Counted from the stretch's first letter, positions 9,900-20,128 are shown. The stretch: 64,000 bases of DNA from an uncultured Alphaproteobacteria bacterium (GCA_949286245.1 CASECF010000015.1:2804-66803), one strand, 5' to 3'. Made by a program: numbers and translations. The notes: generated from the letters alone by a model not told the origin.

Positions 9900-11129
9900 A
9901 TGAATTTCTTTTTAATTTGTTTGGGAGTTCTTTTGGGAATCTCTTTTCAAGGATCGGCTTCTGACAGCGTTTTAGTAAATACGGATAACAAATTTATCGA
10001 ACAACGGCCGGAAGAGAATCAAGAAAAAGTGTTTCAAAGCTTTTTTGATGGAAAAGACGTTGTTATCAGAGAAGAAATTTTTTATTCTGCTAAGACACTT
10101 AAACCAATTACTGGTTGTATTCACTATTTAAATCCCATCACAAAGAAAATAAAGGCAAAAGTGAATGTTCAAAACGGACGTCTTCAAGGCGAAAGTATTG
10201 TTTATTATGAAAATGGACAGCCTTTCTCTATCGAATACTATCAAAACGGACGTGCTGATGGGATTTTTAAAACTTTTTATGAAAATCAAAGGCTTCAATC
10301 GGAGGAACCGTATCAAAACGGTGTGTTGAATGGTCTGGTTCGCAGGTATTATGATTTTGGTCCTCTGATGGAGGAAGAATCTTTTAAAAATGGTCTGAAA
10401 ACGGGAATATTCAGATCTTTTTTCCCAAATGGGAAACCAGAAACGGAAATTGCCTATCAAAATGACCAACAAGAGGGTGAAGCAAAATCTTATTATGAAA
10501 ACGGACAGCTTAAGTTTGTTGCTCTGTATCAAGATGGGAAAATGGTTGGAACTCTTGTCATGTATCATCCAAATGGACGGAAAAGTTTTGAAATTGAAAT
10601 GAAAAACGGACTTCCTCATGGTTTTTATAAAGAATATGATGAAAACGGTTCCCTTATCGCAGAAAAGATTTTTCAAAACGGTATGGAAAACGGTGTTCAA
10701 AAGTTATTTTATCCGGATGGATCCATTTGGGGGCTCAGCCATTATAGAAACGGTGTTCGAGAGGGGGATTTTGTGGTGTATTATCCAAACGGTCAAATCA
10801 AAGAAAAAGCGATAATTAAAAACGGATACCCTGATGGAGATTTTTATCGATATTATGAGGATGGTTCTCTTAAAACGATCTCCCATTATGATTCGGGTCG
10901 ATTAAGTGGTGAGCAAAAAAATTATTATCAAAACGGACTTATAAAAAGTATTGATATATATCAAAATGATTTATTAAACGGATTGTCTCAAACTTATTAT
11001 GAAAGCGGTATTTTAAAAACAAAAATAAACTTTAAAGAGGGCAAAAAACACGGGAAAACGGAAATATTCGATGAACAAGGAGAGCCTGTTTCAGAGTTTG
11101 TTTTTGATCAAAATGTCTTGATTAAGTGA
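9900..11129 (+). CDS. Secreted MORN-repeat-variant (MORN_2, YwqK-like) protein
   Basis: Signal-peptide-like MNFFLICLGVLLGISFQGSAS, followed by more than 12 tandem 'YYENGQ.../YxNG...G' repeats. Paralogous to 7860-8951 and 15605-16882. Confidence 0.75.
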   Translation: MNFFLICLGVLLGISFQGSASDSVLVNTDNKFIEQRPEENQEKVFQSFFDGKDVVIREEIFYSAKTLKPITGCIHYLNPITKKIKAKVNVQNGRLQGESIVYYENGQPFSIEYYQNGRADGIFKTFYENQRLQSEEPYQNGVLNGLVRRYYDFGPLMEEESFKNGLKTGIFRSFFPNGKPETEIAYQNDQQEGEAKSYYENGQLKFVALYQDGKMVGTLVMYHPNGRKSFEIEMKNGLPHGFYKEYDENGSLIAEKIFQNGMENGVQKLFYPDGSIWGLSHYRNGVREGDFVVYYPNGQIKEKAIIKNGYPDGDFYRYYEDGSLKTISHYDSGRLSGEQKNYYQNGLIKSIDIYQNDLLNGLSQTYYESGILKTKINFKEGKKHGKTEIFDEQGEPVSEFVFDQNVLIK

Positions 11130-11488
11130 CAGTCTTATCAATCAAAGAAATGCGAGAAATACCAGAACGATTGCAAGAAGAAGCTAGTTTAAATTCCCAA
11201 AATATCTCTCCTGATTCGTTTTTCGAAAATAGGACACTCTCTTCTCAAAAAAATAAGTGGCAGAATACACAAAGAAATACATCATTAATTGAAGAAGAAA
11301 AAATGATCGTTTCTCCGGTTTTAGATAGGTGATTAGAAAAATTTTAATCTCTTTACATCGTCAGTTGCCCCTCAATAAGAGTTTTATTGACTTTCTTCAG
11401 ATGACAGGTCGGAATATTCTTTTTATTTTTTAACCTTGCTTTTTTGAGATTATTTGTTGTATCATAAGAGGCTTTTAATTGAAAGGGA

Positions 11489-13018
11489 TTGATGATGAAG
11501 TTAATATCGGGGTTCTTCTTGGTTGTTGCCTTATTGTTTGGACAAGATTGTTTTGCAAATGAGACTAAGCCAGTATTTTCATTCAATGATGTTATTGTAA
11601 AAGCGCGGTTGTTGGCTGAACAAGAGTATCAGGAAGAAAAATCGGAACTCCCCGAAAAATTGGAAAAAATGGATTATGATGATTTTAGATCTTTACGATA
11701 TGTTCGAGAAAAAGGACCTTGGTTTTCTAAGAATATTCCGTTTGAAATCCAATTTTTTCATATGGGATCTATTTTTAAAAACGCCGTTAAAGTGAACGAA
11801 ATAGTAGGCTCTCAGGTTAGAAAAATTCCCTATGATTTTAAGGCGTTTACATTGAATGATCAGCCACTTTACGAAATTAACGAGGATATTAATTACGCAG
11901 GATTTCGATTGCATTATCCTTTAAATACACCGGATTATTATGATGAGTTGATTACTTTTTTAGGTGCCAGCTACTTTAGAGCTTTGGGACAAAACCAAAA
12001 GTATGGTTTATCCGCAAGAGGATTGGCGATTGATACGGGATTACAAAGTGGGGAGGAATTTCCTTTTTTTAAGGAGTTTTGGATAAAAAGACCCATGCAA
12101 CGTGTACGGAATATAACCGTTTATGCGCTTTTGGATAGTCCCAGAATAACAGGGGCTTATTCCTTCTTTATTCGACCCGGATTAACGACAAAAATAGATG
12201 TTAGTGCCGTTCTTTTTCCAAGAGAAAAAATCCAAAAAGTCGGAATTGCTCCTTTGACCAGTATGTATCTTTTCGGAGAAAATACTAAAAATAAGTTTTT
12301 TGATTATCGTCCGGAAGTTCATGACAGTGATGGCCTTTTGATTCATAACGGAGCAGGTGAGTGGTTATGGAGGCCTTTGGATAATTCACGACATCTCCGT
12401 ATCAGCTCGTTTGAAGATCAAAACATCTTGGGCTTTGGATTGTTGCAACGAGATCGTAATGCCGATCATTATCAAGACTTTGAAGCAAACTATCAAGATC
12501 GTCCCAGTGTGTGGGTTGAACCCTTATCTCCTTTCGGTCAGGGGGTTGTGGAATTGGTCGAGATCCCCTCTGATAAAGAAATACATGACAATGTCGTTGC
12601 TTTTTTTGTTCCAAAACAACCTTTTGAAAAGGGAAAAGAATATCGATTTGATTATCGGTTATATTGGATGAAAGACGAAAATCCGTTAGAATCCGGACTG
12701 GGAGAGGTTGTTTCGACGTATTCCGGAATCGGGGGCGTTTCAGGTGCCGGAGATGAAGAAACAATTAAATTTGTGATTGATTTTAAAGGAAAAGAATTGG
12801 ATAAGTTAATGCAAGACCAATCGTTGGTGCCGGTTGTGGAAACATCTCTCGGAAAAATTAAAAATATTGTTATAATGAAAAATCCATTTATTGATGGATA
12901 CCGTCTCTTTTTTGATTATAAACCTGATGGGAAAACAGCTGAATTACGTGCTTTTATCAAAAATAAAAACAATAATTTAAATTTAACGGAAGTGTGGTCG
13001 TATCAATATTTACCCTAG
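11489..13018 (+). CDS. opgG: Glucans biosynthesis protein G (OpgG/MdoG family, periplasmic)
   Basis: Signal peptide, about 510 aa. Family-typical motifs 'YAGFRLHYPLN' and 'GLSARGLAIDTGL', and 'PSVWVEP' near the C-terminus. Upstream of opgH. Confidence 0.85.
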   Translation: MMMKLISGFFLVVALLFGQDCFANETKPVFSFNDVIVKARLLAEQEYQEEKSELPEKLEKMDYDDFRSLRYVREKGPWFSKNIPFEIQFFHMGSIFKNAVKVNEIVGSQVRKIPYDFKAFTLNDQPLYEINEDINYAGFRLHYPLNTPDYYDELITFLGASYFRALGQNQKYGLSARGLAIDTGLQSGEEFPFFKEFWIKRPMQRVRNITVYALLDSPRITGAYSFFIRPGLTTKIDVSAVLFPREKIQKVGIAPLTSMYLFGENTKNKFFDYRPEVHDSDGLLIHNGAGEWLWRPLDNSRHLRISSFEDQNILGFGLLQRDRNADHYQDFEANYQDRPSVWVEPLSPFGQGVVELVEIPSDKEIHDNVVAFFVPKQPFEKGKEYRFDYRLYWMKDENPLESGLGEVVSTYSGIGGVSGAGDEETIKFVIDFKGKELDKLMQDQSLVPVVETSLGKIKNIVIMKNPFIDGYRLFFDYKPDGKTAELRAFIKNKNNNLNLTEVWSYQYLP

Positions 13019-13026
13019 GAGATCTT

Positions 13027-13503
13027 ATGGGAACCATAAAGTTATATCAATTTCATGACTTGATCGCAGGTTATTTAAAAGGATGGGGATATGATGATCC
13101 CCTCCTCACAGATCGCCTTTTGAGAAACTTTCCTAAAGATAAAAAAAATCCTCAAATTGATGATTTGTTCTGTTTTTTTGATTCTGTTTTAAATGAGAAA
13201 ATAAATTTAATTTTACCCAATGTTCAATTGGAAAATGAACAAAAAAAGGCTTATTTTAAAATGGTCTTTCTGATGGGAAAAGCTTATCGGAAATGTTCTT
13301 TGTTTGAACCGCTTACTCAAGATGAAATCAATTATTTAAAATCTCTTTTTCGAGATGATTGCCTAAAAGCAACCCCTTCTTTGACCCATTCCGATATGAT
13401 CAAACAACGAATCGTAGTTTATCATCCGTGGAGAAGGGCTCGAAAATATATCAGCCGGTTTTTCAATAAAGTTAAAAATTTTATCTTCTTTGTTAAACGA
13501 TAA
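13027..13503 (+). CDS. Hypothetical protein (159 aa) inserted between opgG and opgH
   Basis: ORF in the opgG-opgH intergenic position, with the ATG at 13027 just after the opgG stop. No recognisable domain. Co-oriented and tightly spaced with opgGH. Confidence 0.45.
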   Translation: MGTIKLYQFHDLIAGYLKGWGYDDPLLTDRLLRNFPKDKKNPQIDDLFCFFDSVLNEKINLILPNVQLENEQKKAYFKMVFLMGKAYRKCSLFEPLTQDEINYLKSLFRDDCLKATPSLTHSDMIKQRIVVYHPWRRARKYISRFFNKVKNFIFFVKR

Positions 13504-13512
13504 AGAGGGATC

Positions 13513-15564
13513 ATGTCAAAAGAGTATGTTGTCTTATCTAATATCAGTCAACGTCAAGTTTTTATTCGACGTTTAAAATTGTTTGGTCTTGTTTTTATTT
13601 CCGTTCTGTTTGCCTCGATTAAGTGGGCGGAATATTTACCGACCGATCTCCCTTTCTGGATTAAGGGAGGATTGATTCTTTTGTTTGTTTTGACATTCGG
13701 ATGGATTTCTTTGTTTTTTTGGTCCGCATTGTTTGGCTTTATCGAAATTCTAAGAAATCGTAAAATGCCGGGGATTAAAAGAGTTCCGGTCGGAACGCCT
13801 TTGACGACTAAAACCGTTGTTTTAATGCCCGTTTATAACGAAGATCCCGTTAGTGTTTATGGCAATCTTTTGGCTATGGCTCGTGATCTTGAAAAAACAG
13901 GGCAGGGGAAGGCATTTGATTTTTTTGTACTCAGTGATACAACCAAACCGGACGTATGGATAAAAGAAGAAATTTTATGGCTGAAGACAAAAGAACTTTT
14001 CCCTAAAAATATATCTCTTTTTTATAGACATCGTCCTAAGAATACGGCACGCAAAAGCGGAAATATTGAAGACTTTTGTGTTCGATTCGGAGCCTCGTAT
14101 GACTTTATGGTCGTGTTGGACGCAGATAGTTTGATGGCCGGTCAAACACTTGTTAAAATGGCTCAACTGATGGAGGCAAATGAAACAACGGGAATTATTC
14201 AGGCTCCGCCCATGATTATTAACAGGCACTCTTTGTTTGCTCGTGTCCAACAATTTGCAGGGCGTGTGTATGGACCGATTGTCACGGCGGGTCTGGCTTA
14301 TTGGCAAGTTTGGGATAGTAATTATTGGGGACATAATGCCATTATTCGAACCAAAGCCTTTATTGATTGTTGCGGACTTCCGGTTTTTAAAGGACAAGCT
14401 CCTTTCGGGGGACCTATTTTGAGTCATGATTTTGTTGAAGCCGCTTTGATCAGAAGAGGAGGCTGGTTGGCATGGATGCTTCCGGAATTAAAGGGAAGCT
14501 ATGAAGAATGTCCCCCTTCCATGTTGGATTTTGCTCTTAGAGATCGGCGTTGGTGTCAGGGAAATTTACAACACTTTAGAATTCTGTTTTCTCAAAAGTT
14601 TCATCCTGTTTCTCGCATTCATTTTGCCTTGGGAATTATGTCATATCTATCCTCTCCTCTTTGGTTTTTATTCCTCTCAACGGGTCTTGGTATTGCGTTG
14701 TGGCGTGCTTTTTATCCGCCTGAATATTTTATTGAGACAAAAACACTTTTCCCGACATGGCCGGTTTTTGATTTGATCGGAACCGTTCTCTTGTTTCTTC
14801 TGTCGATGATAATGCTGTTTTTGCCGAAATTTTTGGGACTTATTGTTGTTCTGGTCCGCCATAAAAATAAAAAGGACTATGGGGGCACTCTTCACCTGCT
14901 TATGACTGTTTTTCTTGAAATTATTTTTAGTGCCTTAATCGCTCCCGTTATGATGTTGTTTCAGACCAGATTTGTTTTTGATATTTTTATGGGAATCGAT
15001 TCCGGTTGGAATGCTCAAAACAGGGAGGAGACCGGAACTCCTTGGGTTGTCGCTTTTAAACGTCATTTCTTTCATACCCTTATCGGAATAGGTGTATGCC
15101 TCGTGACGTATTTGTATACACCCTCTTTATTCTATTGGTTGCTCCCCATTACGATCGGATTGATTTTGTCCGTTCCGCTGTCTGTTTTTTCTTCTCGAGA
15201 AACGTTGGGGAAATGGATAAAAAATAAAGGATTTTTTGTTGTTCCGGAAGAGGTGCATAAGCCGTCTATTTTAAAAGCTGCCGAAGGAGCTTTCATGGAA
15301 TTGAGTCTTTCTCTCAAAAACATTTCTAAGACCGGAATTTCTTTGTTGATTGAGTATCCGCTCTTTCGATCCTTACATGTTTACCTTTTGTCCGTTAACG
15401 GACCTGCTCCCGATTTCGAAATAAAAACGATTCGATCGGTCGAGCTTTGTATTAAAACATTTATTGGTGGCGGCGATCTGAATTTAACAGACGAAGAAAT
15501 CAAGTATTGCCTCTACAACCCACACTTATTGGCAGAGTTGGCCCTTTTTAAAGAGGTTGAGTAG
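13513..15564 (+). CDS. opgH: Glucans biosynthesis glucosyltransferase H (OpgH/MdoH, GT2 family)
   Basis: Multiple TM segments. GT2 motifs 'VVLDADS' and 'RWCQGNLQH', and 'SHDFVEAALIRR', all typical of MdoH. 683 aa. Confidence 0.9.
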   Translation: MSKEYVVLSNISQRQVFIRRLKLFGLVFISVLFASIKWAEYLPTDLPFWIKGGLILLFVLTFGWISLFFWSALFGFIEILRNRKMPGIKRVPVGTPLTTKTVVLMPVYNEDPVSVYGNLLAMARDLEKTGQGKAFDFFVLSDTTKPDVWIKEEILWLKTKELFPKNISLFYRHRPKNTARKSGNIEDFCVRFGASYDFMVVLDADSLMAGQTLVKMAQLMEANETTGIIQAPPMIINRHSLFARVQQFAGRVYGPIVTAGLAYWQVWDSNYWGHNAIIRTKAFIDCCGLPVFKGQAPFGGPILSHDFVEAALIRRGGWLAWMLPELKGSYEECPPSMLDFALRDRRWCQGNLQHFRILFSQKFHPVSRIHFALGIMSYLSSPLWFLFLSTGLGIALWRAFYPPEYFIETKTLFPTWPVFDLIGTVLLFLLSMIMLFLPKFLGLIVVLVRHKNKKDYGGTLHLLMTVFLEIIFSALIAPVMMLFQTRFVFDIFMGIDSGWNAQNREETGTPWVVAFKRHFFHTLIGIGVCLVTYLYTPSLFYWLLPITIGLILSVPLSVFSSRETLGKWIKNKGFFVVPEEVHKPSILKAAEGAFMELSLSLKNISKTGISLLIEYPLFRSLHVYLLSVNGPAPDFEIKTIRSVELCIKTFIGGGDLNLTDEEIKYCLYNPHLLAELALFKEVE

Positions 15565-15604
15565 GGATGAACGGTTGGCTTTAAAAAATGCGGAGCCCTT
15601 TTAA

Positions 15605-16882
15605 TTAGGAGCCCGATGTCTCGGAAGATGATTTTTCTTGCTCTTGTTGTGAAGCCTCTTCTATATTTTCTTCTTCATGGATAGCCTTTTCATATTCCTC
15701 GCGAGTCATTTTTTTACCATCTTTGTAGTAGGCTTGCTCTATTTCGGCTCCGGTATATGAGTATTTATAAGAAACACCATCCAAAAGGCCATTTTTATAC
15801 GTTGATTTTTCGATAAGTGTATTGTTTAAGTCATATCTCTTATAGGTGCCGTCAAGAAGACCGTCTTTATAGAATGCTTCAACATAAGGAAGTCCACCGC
15901 TGACATACACCGTGAAAGAACCGTTGATAAGACCTTCTTTTGTACCAAAACGAGCATGCATTCGGCCATCTTTGTAAGTGCCGACATAGAGCCCATCAAA
16001 AGGCGGTTGTGAGTCTCCATCTTGGATGAGACGCAGAGGACCAAAAGAGCCATCTTTAAGTAGTTCTCTTTCTAAAATCAGTCGCCTGTTTTCAAAATAG
16101 AGTTTTTCAGAATAAAGGGGTTTCCCTTTTTTATAGGTCTGTTCCCTCATTATTTCTCCGTCCGAATCATAATCTTGAAACAGACCATTGAGTTGATCTT
16201 TTTGATACTCTCTTTTAGAGGCGATCTTCCCATCTTTAAAATAATTGATGACGGTTCCGTCAATTTGACCTTTTACAAAAGGGATTTCACTCATAATTTC
16301 ACCTGTTTCGTAGAAGTTTTTACTGACGCCGTCTCTTTTCCCTTCTTTGATCGGAACTTCGGAATAAAGGGCACCGCTTTTATAGTATAATTTAAAATAT
16401 TGTACGGAATCTTCCTGTGGTGTCATTTCCGTCATCATGACCTTTGTTCGAGGATCAAAAATTTGAAAAGAAGTCTCTTTCCCATTTTTATAGACTGATT
16501 TCTTTATTCTTTCTCCATTTTCATAAAAAGAGGCCTCTCCGTTGGGCTTATCATTTGTGTATTCTGCCTCAATAATGACTTGACCTTTATCATACTCGGT
16601 ATATGTTCCGTTTGCCTTTTGAGATTGACAGTTTACTGAAAAATAGATGCGCTTTTCAAGGGCGTTTAAATATTTTATAAATAAACCGTCGGGTTGTCCG
16701 GAACAAGGCGCAATGGTCGATAATTCCGGAGGCTTTTTCATAATAACGGATCTTAACTGCTCATGAATACTTTCTTTTTCAAACGAAAAAGGAAGCCAAT
16801 CCGAATGATTTTTGATAACCGTAATGGCAATCAAAGCCAAAATTCCGTAAACCGTAATAACATCATTTGCTTTCATACCCAT
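15605..16882 (-). CDS. Membrane-anchored MORN-repeat-variant (MORN_2, YwqK-like) protein
   Basis: N-terminal TM 'VITVYGILALIAITVI' followed by repeated 'YxNGKxxG...Y' units. Acidic C-terminal tail. The start was set at the ATG giving MGMKAN. Confidence 0.7.
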   Translation of the reverse strand: MGMKANDVITVYGILALIAITVIKNHSDWLPFSFEKESIHEQLRSVIMKKPPELSTIAPCSGQPDGLFIKYLNALEKRIYFSVNCQSQKANGTYTEYDKGQVIIEAEYTNDKPNGEASFYENGERIKKSVYKNGKETSFQIFDPRTKVMMTEMTPQEDSVQYFKLYYKSGALYSEVPIKEGKRDGVSKNFYETGEIMSEIPFVKGQIDGTVINYFKDGKIASKREYQKDQLNGLFQDYDSDGEIMREQTYKKGKPLYSEKLYFENRRLILERELLKDGSFGPLRLIQDGDSQPPFDGLYVGTYKDGRMHARFGTKEGLINGSFTVYVSGGLPYVEAFYKDGLLDGTYKRYDLNNTLIEKSTYKNGLLDGVSYKYSYTGAEIEQAYYKDGKKMTREEYEKAIHEEENIEEASQQEQEKSSSETSGS

Positions 16883-16957
16883 CCTCCGTTGTTGACGGAA
16901 TAATATCATACTCTGAAAAAAGAGTAAAGGGCATAATATTTCTCAATCGGTTCTTTC

Positions 16958-17557
16958 TTATTCAAAAACCGAAAAGCGAATATCAATCGGTAAACTTGTT
17001 TTGGGATCCGGTTCTTTTTCTATACTGCCAAAATTCATCTGTGCAATCAGACGCCAGTGGGATGGAATCTGGAAGGCTTCTTGAAGTGCTTTGTCAATGA
17101 GCGGATTGTAGTGTTGTAAATTAGCTCCTAGGCCCAAATCCGTCAGATAAAGCCAAACAGCATATTGTAAAATGGCGTTTCCATGCTCGCTCCAAATAGG
17201 AAATTGATCTTTGTAGAGGGGAAATTTTATTTGCAAAGAAGAGATGGTTTCGGTATCTTCATAAAACAAGATAGAACCAAGTCCTTTAGAAAAAGAATTT
17301 AATTTTTCTTTTGTTTTTTGAAATTGTTCCTCAGAAACTTTTTTCCTCAGTTCAAGTGCCGTTATTTCCCAGAGTTTTTGGTACGAATCTCCGAATAAAA
17401 GAACTAATCTGGATGATTGAGAATTAAATGCGCTCGGCACATTTTGAATTGCTTCTTCAATCGAATGAATAATCTTCTCTTTCGGAACAATAAAACTGTT
17501 CCCGAGAGCATAAACAGAACGCCTTTTTTTGACAAGATCAGAATACAACAACGACAT
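16958..17557 (-). CDS. Nitroreductase-family protein
   Basis: 'KKRRSVYAL' (the RRSxR-like FMN motif), about 200 aa, C-terminal 'QHYNPLID'. Overall shape matches the nitroreductase fold families. Confidence 0.55.
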   Translation of the reverse strand: MSLLYSDLVKKRRSVYALGNSFIVPKEKIIHSIEEAIQNVPSAFNSQSSRLVLLFGDSYQKLWEITALELRKKVSEEQFQKTKEKLNSFSKGLGSILFYEDTETISSLQIKFPLYKDQFPIWSEHGNAILQYAVWLYLTDLGLGANLQHYNPLIDKALQEAFQIPSHWRLIAQMNFGSIEKEPDPKTSLPIDIRFSVFE

Positions 17558-17624
17558 AAAATACTCCTTTCTTTTTATGAATAGTATTTTTGTCTGTTCA
17601 TTTCAAGTTTTTGAAACAAAAAAA

Positions 17625-18095
17625 TTATTTGTCTATGGGCTGGTCTTTGTAAGTTAGAGACATTCTTTCCTTTTGTAAGGTATCGGGTATTTCATAGATT
17701 AAAGTTCCCTTATGCGTCCCTTTTTTCATCCGGAGCCATGGAAGTGGTGTGATATTATAATCCGATAAGAATGAATCTTCCGATAAACGAGTAAACGATT
17801 GATTATCTATAACAAGTTTCAGTTGTGATGGATCAAATAAATCAGATTTGGTTTGATCTTGTTTTATTATTTCTATGGGAACAAGAACGTAAACAATATT
17901 AGAAGATGGTTTTTTTTCTAAAACATAAATAGATATATCTCCCGTATAAGTTTCAACTTCCTGACGAACCGTAAGCTCGTTTCGAATATCGAAATCTCCT
18001 GTTTGTTGAACTCGCCACCCATCGATATCCAAGGCAAAAGCCATTTGAGATAATCCCAATGCACACAAAAAAAACGGTAAATTCAATTTTAACAT
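17625..18095 (-). CDS. Secreted hypothetical protein (156 aa)
   Basis: Clear signal peptide MLKLNLPFFLCALGLSQMAFA. No recognisable domain. Downstream of the ASST gene on the same strand. Confidence 0.5.
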   Translation of the reverse strand: MLKLNLPFFLCALGLSQMAFALDIDGWRVQQTGDFDIRNELTVRQEVETYTGDISIYVLEKKPSSNIVYVLVPIEIIKQDQTKSDLFDPSQLKLVIDNQSFTRLSEDSFLSDYNITPLPWLRMKKGTHKGTLIYEIPDTLQKERMSLTYKDQPIDK

Positions 18096-18180
18096 TTGTT
18101 TCCTCCTTTTATTCTTTGAACTATATCAATCCTTTTGTTTTAAGTCAATACATAACCGAAAACAGATCAAATTAAAATAT

Positions 18181-19968
18181 TTAATATTTAATCAATGATT
18201 TTGTCTCATAAAAAGAGACAGGTTCCAGTTTATAGAGCCATCTAGAGTGTGTTAAATTTATTTTTTGTTTAAATTTTATTTCTTTTGTTTTTGCATCTAT
18301 TCGATAAAGTAATCCATATGTAAATGCCGTATTCTTATCATGTGCTTGAGATAAATATAAAATAATATCCTTTTGATCGGGAAGAAGCGTTATATTGCTT
18401 CCCGCAAATGAAATTTGATCCGTATCAAATGAAATCACTTGTCGGATTGTTTTTTTATCCTCATCTATGCTATAGATAACTCCTCTTGAAAAGGGACGTT
18501 TGGGTATATTTTTATCATAGACTTCTCCGCCGTTATCTAAAATAGAGTAGAGTGTTCCTCCTAGGTATTTGGCATCATGTGTTTTAATGGGCCATCTGAA
18601 ATCAGACAACTCTTTATAGCCCTTTTGGACGGCTTCCTCATAGGGATTACCGTTTTTATCTACCGCAGTTAAGACTTTGTCCCAAATAGGCGGACCTTTC
18701 CCATCTCTTCCTGACTTATCGTAGTCTGTTCTCGGACCCATTACCCATCGTAAATCCCCGCTTTCATAATCTATCTTGGCCATTCCGATATGCCTTCCGG
18801 AAATTAAGATGGAATGATCATTTGAATTATATTGAACGGAGTTAGTATGTGTCCAGTCAATCTTGTCATAATCTCTGGCTCCTGATCTAACAATTGTGCT
18901 TCGATCCGGATTGAGGATTTTGGCAAGATCCCATTGTTTGATCAGTTTTCCGGTCTTGTCATCTAATTCTATTATAAAATCTCTATGTGTCGGTTGTTCT
19001 GTCCCCTCAACAACGGCGGTTGATCCCTCAAAACTGCCGATCACAAGAAAATGCCCGTTTCCCATCCGATTGATTCCATGTTTGAAAGAATAAAAATGAT
19101 TCGGGTAGAATAAATGGTTAACCGGTTTCCCCTCTTGAGTAAAAAGAGTTAATCCCAGATGGGTTTTTTCAGCGATTAGGAGGTTATCTCTCCAATAAAG
19201 TATATCGGGAGATTGAAAACGAAATCGAATAAATCCATATTCGTCATAGATGGATCCGTAATGATCGTAGTAAAAAAAATTTTTAGAATCGCTTTTTGTA
19301 AGAGGTGTTAAATAAACCTCATTCGGACGGGCGGGTATTTTGATTTGAATAGAGGCTGTTTCTGTTGTTCCATCTTGGTATCGAGCTTTTAGGATAACCT
19401 CATTTGTCCATTTAGAAAATAATCCGAAAATAGGATATATATGCTCTGTTCTAAAGCCTTCAAATGTATGGCTATAATCAGGAGCTCCTTCTCTTCCTTT
19501 AATTGTAAATGAAAATTGGGCTGGTTTTTGTGTAGGGAAGCGTATCAGTGCTAATAAGGGATTGTTTTTGTAGGGATTTATTTTAATAAAAGGAGATTTA
19601 AGTGAATATTCAAACAGATCATATTCTTCTTGAAGCATTTTATCATAATCTAATGTATCTTGGATATATAAATTATTGCCTCTTTTTAAAAACGTTTCCA
19701 CCGAGTTATATTGTGGCCATTGGATTGTTATGGACTGAGAATCCATTTTTATGATATGAGCCATGTCGGAGTTGTTTTCTCGAATGAGTGTATTCCCTTT
19801 AATTTGAACGGGATCACTCCAGTTTTGATGGATGAAGTAAATTCTTTTTGTCTCAGTAGATTTTGGATTGACATCAGATGCTTCGGCATTTAAATAAACG
19901 GAAGTAAAAAAGATGGGAAGAAATCCCATAAAGATGCTTAAATTTAGAATAATACGTTTCATTCCCAA
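18181..19968 (-). CDS. Arylsulfotransferase (ASST)-family beta-propeller protein, secreted. Paralog 1.
   Basis: Signal peptide. Segments 'DWTHTNSVQYNSNDHSILISGRHIGMAKIDYESGDLRWVMGP', 'KILNP' and 'YSILDNGG' align with E. coli AssT regions 'NWAHVNSIAYDAKDDSIILSSRHQGVVKIG...WILAP', 'KILDP' and 'FTIFDNGDG'. Paralog of 42216-43958. Confidence 0.75.
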   Translation of the reverse strand: MGMKRIILNLSIFMGFLPIFFTSVYLNAEASDVNPKSTETKRIYFIHQNWSDPVQIKGNTLIRENNSDMAHIIKMDSQSITIQWPQYNSVETFLKRGNNLYIQDTLDYDKMLQEEYDLFEYSLKSPFIKINPYKNNPLLALIRFPTQKPAQFSFTIKGREGAPDYSHTFEGFRTEHIYPIFGLFSKWTNEVILKARYQDGTTETASIQIKIPARPNEVYLTPLTKSDSKNFFYYDHYGSIYDEYGFIRFRFQSPDILYWRDNLLIAEKTHLGLTLFTQEGKPVNHLFYPNHFYSFKHGINRMGNGHFLVIGSFEGSTAVVEGTEQPTHRDFIIELDDKTGKLIKQWDLAKILNPDRSTIVRSGARDYDKIDWTHTNSVQYNSNDHSILISGRHIGMAKIDYESGDLRWVMGPRTDYDKSGRDGKGPPIWDKVLTAVDKNGNPYEEAVQKGYKELSDFRWPIKTHDAKYLGGTLYSILDNGGEVYDKNIPKRPFSRGVIYSIDEDKKTIRQVISFDTDQISFAGSNITLLPDQKDIILYLSQAHDKNTAFTYGLLYRIDAKTKEIKFKQKINLTHSRWLYKLEPVSFYETKSLIKY

Positions 19969-20128
19969 ACCTTTTGATTGTGCTTTAGCCAGGCCGAGAT
20001 GAGAGTCTAATTAAAATTATCAAAATGTCAACTTTAAATTGAGTGGTATTCGTATTAACAAATGCTTTATATTAAAATAAATAAAATCAATCGACTATAA
20101 AAAAAATAGAGAAGTTATAAAAAAGTTC

